20,000 nt of DNA from an uncultured virus (IMG/VR IMGVR_UViG_3300047548_000985). Taxonomy: Duplodnaviria; Heunggongvirae; Uroviricota; Caudoviricetes. The position numbers and the translations under genes are program-made. The first letter of the stretch is position 1. Each line of letters starts with the position of its first letter. Below are positions 15,150 through 20,000 of this stretch, piece after piece. The notes below the pieces were generated by a model. That model was not told the DNA's origin. It searched no databases and was given only the letters and a program-made list of their open reading frames with translations. The DNA is taken from positions 53,133 through 73,132 of the IMG/VR virus record IMGVR_UViG_3300047548_000985; one strand, 5' to 3'.

Positions 15150-15836
15150 ATGGCAGCAGATCCATTTAACTCAGCAGGCGGGTATACGATAGGAATACCT
15201 CCTATTATTTTTGTAGATTCAGGGGGAAACTTACAAGCCTCTACTGCAAATATTAACGCCGTCGTTGCCAACTCTATAACCTCAAATGCATTTTATGGTA
15301 CATTCTACGGTAACATAACAGGTAATGTTACTATAGATGCAGCTAATACTCAAGTTTTGTTTACTGTTAATACTGGACCAGGTAGTGACGGTGTCCCTAC
15401 TGGCAGTGATAATTTTACTTTTGACAGCGTAACTAATCAGCTTACACTCAAAGGTGATTTATTTGTTGATTCGGTTACACTAGGCACAGGAAACAATGAG
15501 TTTAGTACGTCGAGAGTCACCTTTGCGACTACTGTAAGTGATTCTATTGATCAAGTCCTTCATATAACTCCCAGCAATGAGATTTGTTCAATTGACTATA
15601 CAATCATTGCTACAGACACCGGGACAAATGCTAGGCAGACTAGTAAACTATTTGCCACAGTATACGGGAACGAAGTTGGTTATTTTGAGTATGGAACTAT
15701 TGACGTTCCATTATATGGGCCTGGGGTCGGAGATTTTAAAGTAGTATATGACTCTGGTAACGTGTTATTAACGGTTACTCCGGTAACGTCAAATTTGGTT
15801 AACTATAAAATAATGGTTACCTCTTATAAGGAATAA
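15150..15836 (+). CDS. Virion structural / fibre-associated protein (228 aa)
   Basis: Beta-rich, T/N/G/V-rich; shares an N-terminal FNSxGG motif and C-terminal domain with the downstream 766-aa protein. Confidence 0.75.
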   Translation: MAADPFNSAGGYTIGIPPIIFVDSGGNLQASTANINAVVANSITSNAFYGTFYGNITGNVTIDAANTQVLFTVNTGPGSDGVPTGSDNFTFDSVTNQLTLKGDLFVDSVTLGTGNNEFSTSRVTFATTVSDSIDQVLHITPSNEICSIDYTIIATDTGTNARQTSKLFATVYGNEVGYFEYGTIDVPLYGPGVGDFKVVYDSGNVLLTVTPVTSNLVNYKIMVTSYKE

Positions 15837-15842
15837 AAAATC

Positions 15843-18143
15843 ATGGCAATAAGAACTTTTAATTCTGTTGGCGGTTTTTCAGTAGGTGAAAATCCAGCCA
15901 ACATTATTTTAGCGAACGGAGACATCACTACCGCTAATATCACGCTAACTGGAAATATAGCGGCTAATAATGTCCTAACAGATCATATACGATATGCGAA
16001 CGGTGAACCTTACCAAACTTCAGCAGGTGGTTCAAACACGCAAATACAGTTTAATAATGATTCTTCATTTGCAGGAAGTGCAAATCTTACTTTTAATAAG
16101 GATACTAATACCTTAACGTTGACAAATGGTAACATTGTCGCTGGAGGTATTAAGACTGACAATTATTACTATGCGAACGGTGTTGCACTTGACATGCAAC
16201 AACCCGCCGGCTCTAATACACAGATTCAGTTTAATAATGCAGGTGACTTTGGTGCTTCTGCAAACTTAGTTTTCAACAGTACGACTAATACTCTTACGTT
16301 AACTAACGGCGCAGCAAATATAAGCAATGTCAACGTAAGTGGCAATTTAACTTCACCTAATATTATTAATGGTACTACTAATATCAGGTTGATAGAAAGT
16401 GGTAATATTGCACTTACAGTCGGTGGCACATCTAACGTCGTAGTTGTGACTACTACAGGTGCTAATGTCACAGGAACGCTAAATGTATCAGGTAATGCAA
16501 ACGTAGGAAACTTAGGTGCAACTAATGTAGTTGCAACCTTGTTAACTGGTACATTAACTACTGCTGCACAACCAAATATTACAAGTGTTGGCACACTGTC
16601 CAGTCTAAGTGTAACTGGAAACATAGGTGCAGGTAACGTAAATGCAGGTAATTTATTAACTGCAAACTATTTAACCGGTACATTAACTACCGCTGCACAG
16701 CCAAACATCACAAGTGTTGGCACGCTATCATCTTTGTCAGTCACTGCTAATATTACGGCTGGTAATGTAAATGCAGGTAATCTATTAACTGCAAACTATG
16801 TCGCAGGCACATTAACTACGGCAGCGCAGCCAAACATCACAAGTGTCGGTACATTAACAAGCTTAAGCGTAACTGGTAACTTGTCAGCAGGTAATATTAT
16901 AGGTCCATTGGCAAATGGTAATAGTAATGTAAATATACCTGCTGCAAATGGTAACGTTAACGTAAGCGTTGCTGGTAATGCAAACGTACTAGTAGTTACT
17001 GGAGTAGGAGCAAACGTCTCAGGGACGTTAGGAGTAACAGGCAATGTGTCTGCCAATAACATGTCTACTTCTAATAACTTGCAAGTTGGCAAAGACTTGA
17101 CAGTTACAGGTAACTTGACCGTTGGTGGATCTACGACTTATATTAACGTAACGAACACAAGTATTGTTGATCCGTTGATCGATTTGGGCGGAAGCGCAAA
17201 CGGTGGAAACGCAACTAGCTATGATGCAAAAGACAGAGGTCTAATACTAAGAAATTACTATTCTAATGGTAGTGGCACCTTCAATCAAGGATTTATTTGG
17301 AAAACTGCAAATCTAGAATTCCAAGCAATATCCAATGTCACTAGTATTACTGGTGAAGTAGTTGTTGGTGATTTAGGTAATATCCGTTTAAATACATTAA
17401 TTGGTAACGTAGAAGCTTCGACGGTAACTACCCCAAAAGTACTGAACGGTACAAGTAATGTCTCGTTAGTTAACAATGGAAATGTAACAGTAAGTGTAGG
17501 CGGAACTGCAAACGTTGCCGTGTTCTCAACGACTGGTGCAAATATTTCCGGTACATTAGGTGTAAGCGGAAACTTAACGGCAGGTAATGTCTCAACAACT
17601 GCTGTCTCAGCAACAGGTAATGTCTCTGGTGGTAACTTAACAACAGGCGGTGTTGTAACTGCAACAGGTAATGTCTCTGGTGGTAACTTAACAACAGGTG
17701 GAAGCGTCGTTGCAACAGGTAATGTCTCTGGTGGTAACTTAACAACAGGTGGAAGCGTCGTTGCAACAGGCAATGTTCAGGGCAACAACGCAATATTCAC
17801 CAATGACGTTAAGATTGGTAATACTCACATTAATTGGGCAACTGCAAACACTACCAGTACTACACCAGCTAATCAAACTATTGCAACAATAAGTGCAGCA
17901 GGAATAAGGGGAGTGGAGTTTTTTGTTAGAGGTGAAGAATCTTTAGGTGGTAAATACTATATTGCTACAGTTTCAGCAGTGCATAATGGCAGTTCAGTAG
18001 ATTATGCCGTTTATGGAACTGTAGCATTGGGAGGTTCTACTGGAGCCCTAGCTGTTAACTATAGTGCAGGAAATATCACATTAGACGTAACTCCTGCATC
18101 AAGTAATAATACAGTTTGGGTCGTACAGTATAGAACAATTTAA
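15843..18143 (+). CDS. Fibre-like virion protein with beta-strand repeats (766 aa)
   Basis: GSNTQIQFNN x2, GTLTTAAQPNITSVGTL x3, GNLTVGGSTTYIN...DPLIDLG...DRGL module, ATGNVSGGNLTTGG x3; SD AAGGA. Confidence 0.8.
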   Translation: MAIRTFNSVGGFSVGENPANIILANGDITTANITLTGNIAANNVLTDHIRYANGEPYQTSAGGSNTQIQFNNDSSFAGSANLTFNKDTNTLTLTNGNIVAGGIKTDNYYYANGVALDMQQPAGSNTQIQFNNAGDFGASANLVFNSTTNTLTLTNGAANISNVNVSGNLTSPNIINGTTNIRLIESGNIALTVGGTSNVVVVTTTGANVTGTLNVSGNANVGNLGATNVVATLLTGTLTTAAQPNITSVGTLSSLSVTGNIGAGNVNAGNLLTANYLTGTLTTAAQPNITSVGTLSSLSVTANITAGNVNAGNLLTANYVAGTLTTAAQPNITSVGTLTSLSVTGNLSAGNIIGPLANGNSNVNIPAANGNVNVSVAGNANVLVVTGVGANVSGTLGVTGNVSANNMSTSNNLQVGKDLTVTGNLTVGGSTTYINVTNTSIVDPLIDLGGSANGGNATSYDAKDRGLILRNYYSNGSGTFNQGFIWKTANLEFQAISNVTSITGEVVVGDLGNIRLNTLIGNVEASTVTTPKVLNGTSNVSLVNNGNVTVSVGGTANVAVFSTTGANISGTLGVSGNLTAGNVSTTAVSATGNVSGGNLTTGGVVTATGNVSGGNLTTGGSVVATGNVSGGNLTTGGSVVATGNVQGNNAIFTNDVKIGNTHINWATANTTSTTPANQTIATISAAGIRGVEFFVRGEESLGGKYYIATVSAVHNGSSVDYAVYGTVALGGSTGALAVNYSAGNITLDVTPASSNNTVWVVQYRTI
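16548..16890 (+). repeat. Three 43-aa (129-bp period) TAAQPNITSVGTL repeats
   Basis: Units start at 16548, 16677 and 16806, with synonymous divergence. Confidence 0.85.
17610..17762 (+). repeat. Three near-identical 51-bp tandem repeats (ATGNVSGGNLTTGGxVx)
   Basis: Units start at 17610, 17661 and 17712. Confidence 0.9.
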
Positions 18144-18160
18144 TCTAGTATTTTTACCTG

Positions 18161-18168
18161 AGTAAATA
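18161..18168 (+). promoter_or_regulatory. Possible variant late promoter AGTAAATA 4 nt before GTG 18173
   Basis: TAAATA core in a 29-nt intergenic gap; no SD. Confidence 0.45.
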
Positions 18169-18172
18169 ATCA

Positions 18173-20000
18173 GTGTCTAATAAAAAGTTTAATGCAGTAG
18201 ATGGAGTATCGGTTGGTCATGATCCAGTAATCGGTGTAATAGATAGCAACGGTAATTGGACAGGTAACGTAATCCCTGTAACTAAGGGGGGCACTGGTAC
18301 TTCATCACTTCCGGCAAATGCAGTAATATTAGGAAATAATACCTCTTCGGTAGGATCTGTTTTGCCTGGTAACTCAGGCAATCTCTTGGTTTCCGATGGA
18401 TCTACGTGGGTGAGTCAAAACGTAGGTAATCTTTCGGGGTTTAGTGGTGTATCTGGTCGAAGTGGATATTCTGGTATTAGCGGCTTTAGTGGAGCATCTG
18501 GTCGAAGTGGATATTCTGGTATTAGCGGCTTTAGTGGAGCATCTGGATATTCCGGTGTCAGTGGATATTCCGGTGTCAGTGGATATTCCGGTGTCAGTGG
18601 ATATTCCGGTGTCAGTGGATTTTCTGGTTACTCAGGTGCATCTGGTACATCAGGTATAAGTGGTTATTCAGGCATCAATGGTGCATCAGGTGTAAGCGGA
18701 TTCTCTGGCTATTCAGGCATCAGTGGTGCTAATGGTACATCAGGCGTAAGTGGTTACTCAGGTGCAAGTGGTACATCCGGTACATCAGGATGGAGTGGTT
18801 ATTCAGGCGCAAGTGGTACATCAGGCGTAAGTGGTTATTCTGGTGCGAGTGGTTCCTCAGGAAGAAGTGGTTACTCTGGTGCGAGTGGTGTGTCAGGTTA
18901 TTCTGGCGCATCTGGTACATCAGGTATTAGTGGTTACTCAGGTGTAAGTGGTTACAGTGGTTACTCAGGTAGATCAGGATATAGTGGTGTTAGCGGGTAT
19001 TCAGGTGTAAGTGGATGGAGCGGGTATAGTGGTGTGATGTACACTATTGTTCCTAGTGATACTGCACCTCTTAATCCTGTTGATGGTCAAATATGGTTTG
19101 ATTCTACTACAGGCAAGTCTTACTTTTATTTCAATGATGGATCTAGCAGTCAATGGGTTTTGTTTGCAGATCCTACTGTTACTGATGGTCAAGATGGAGA
19201 AAGTGGATACAGCGGTATCTCAGGTGTTAGTGGATTAAGTGGGATTTCTGGTTACTCAGGGACAAGTGGTCGTTCTGGGTATTCTGGTGAAGTAGGACTA
19301 TCTGGTACTAGTGGATATAGTGGTTCATCAGGAAGAAGTGGATATAGTGGTGTATCAGGATATAGTGGCACAATTGGTATCAGTGGATTCAGTGGTTATT
19401 CTGGTGCGAGCGGTGCCTCAGGTAGAAGTGGATATAGTGGTGTATCAGGTTACTCAGGTGCATCTGGTACATCAGGCATAAGTGGTTACTCAGGTGCGAG
19501 TGGTGTATCAGGTTACTCAGGTGCATCTGGTACATCAGGCATAAGTGGTTACTCAGGTGCATCAGGCATAAGTGGTTATTCTGGTGCGAGCGGTTCTTCA
19601 GGAAGAAGTGGATATAGCGGACAACCAGGAACATCCGGTATTAGCGGATATTCCGGTATTTCGGGAGCCAGTGGCACATCAGGTATCAGTGGTTACTCGG
19701 GTGTTAGTGGTTTTAGCGGTGCCTCAGGTATAAGTGGTGTGTCAGGTTATTCTGGTGCATCTGGCACATCGGGCATAAGTGGGTACTCAGGCGTCAGTGG
19801 GTACTCAGGAGTAAGTGGCTACTCAGGTGCGTCTGGTACATCAGGTATCAGTGGTTACTCGGGTGTTAGTGGTTTCAGTGGCGCATCTGGCACATCGGGC
19901 ATAAGTGGGTACTCAGGAGTAAGTGGCGCATCTGGCACATCGGGCATAAGTGGGTACTCAGGCGTCAGCGGCTTTAGCGGTGCCTCAGGTAGAAGTGGGT
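18173..20000 (+). CDS. Gly-X-Ser (collagen-like/polyglycine) repeat fibre protein, >609 aa, 3' end beyond window
   Basis: Manual translation MSNKKFNAVDGVSVGHDPVIGVIDSNGNW...VTKGGTG... then (SGx)n at 18434-19033, a SDTAPLNPVDGQIWFDSTTGKSYFYFNDGSSSQWV module, and (SGx)n again from ~19184 to the window end. Frame is consistent throughout; absent from the ORF track. Confidence 0.88.
   Translation, partial: MSNKKFNAVDGVSVGHDPVIGVIDSNGNWTGNVIPVTKGGTGTSSLPANAVILGNNTSSVGSVLPGNSGNLLVSDGSTWVSQNVGNLSGFSGVSGRSGYSGISGFSGASGRSGYSGISGFSGASGYSGVSGYSGVSGYSGVSGYSGVSGFSGYSGASGTSGISGYSGINGASGVSGFSGYSGISGANGTSGVSGYSGASGTSGTSGWSGYSGASGTSGVSGYSGASGSSGRSGYSGASGVSGYSGASGTSGISGYSGVSGYSGYSGRSGYSGVSGYSGVSGWSGYSGVMYTIVPSDTAPLNPVDGQIWFDSTTGKSYFYFNDGSSSQWVLFADPTVTDGQDGESGYSGISGVSGLSGISGYSGTSGRSGYSGEVGLSGTSGYSGSSGRSGYSGVSGYSGTIGISGFSGYSGASGASGRSGYSGVSGYSGASGTSGISGYSGASGVSGYSGASGTSGISGYSGASGISGYSGASGSSGRSGYSGQPGTSGISGYSGISGASGTSGISGYSGVSGFSGASGISGVSGYSGASGTSGISGYSGVSGYSGVSGYSGASGTSGISGYSGVSGFSGASGTSGISGYSGVSGASGTSGISGYSGVSGFSGASGRSG

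Noticed and set aside
16226..19634. Minus-strand and alternative-frame repetitive ORFs (e.g. 17285-17773, 18444-18659, 19389-19634)
   Set aside because: By-products of repeats in the fibre genes.
1..20000. Stop-codon reassignment as seen in some large phages
   Set aside because: Core genes are intact and densely packed under code 11, with no in-frame TAG/TGA interruptions seen.
18434..20000. Bacterial ice-nucleation protein (InaZ-type)
   Set aside because: Lacks the 16-residue AGYGSTxTA repeat; periodicity is a strict 3 residues.

Overview
A 20-kb virion-morphogenesis region from a large T4-like myovirus (Caudoviricetes), standard genetic code. Two large genes are missing from the ORF track because they run off the window edges. 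One is a >=2122-aa tape-measure-like protein on the minus strand (6367 to <1), with a phage tail lysozyme domain and a LAS/M15-type zinc peptidase domain near the window edge. The other is a Gly-X-Ser repeat fibre protein (18173 to >20000). Between them on the plus strand lie gp26-like and gp51-like genes, portal (gp20), two putative prohead-core proteins, protease (gp21), scaffold (gp22), a short major capsid protein (gp23), a Pro/Ala-repeat protein, a small ADP-ribosyltransferase-fold protein and two paralogous fibre proteins. T4-type late promoters (nATAAATA) precede most genes. The best leads are: (1) a -1 frameshift signal (T TTT TTC plus a stem-loop 6 nt downstream) that would fuse the gp26-like and gp51-like ORFs into a G/GT-type tail chaperone; (2) a late, apparently leaderless ART-fold gene with a capsid-targeting-like N-terminus, suggesting an injected effector; (3) a tape measure protein carrying two cell-wall hydrolases; (4) a three-hairpin element at 14634-14700. 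All family calls come from motif recognition by eye, not from database searches.
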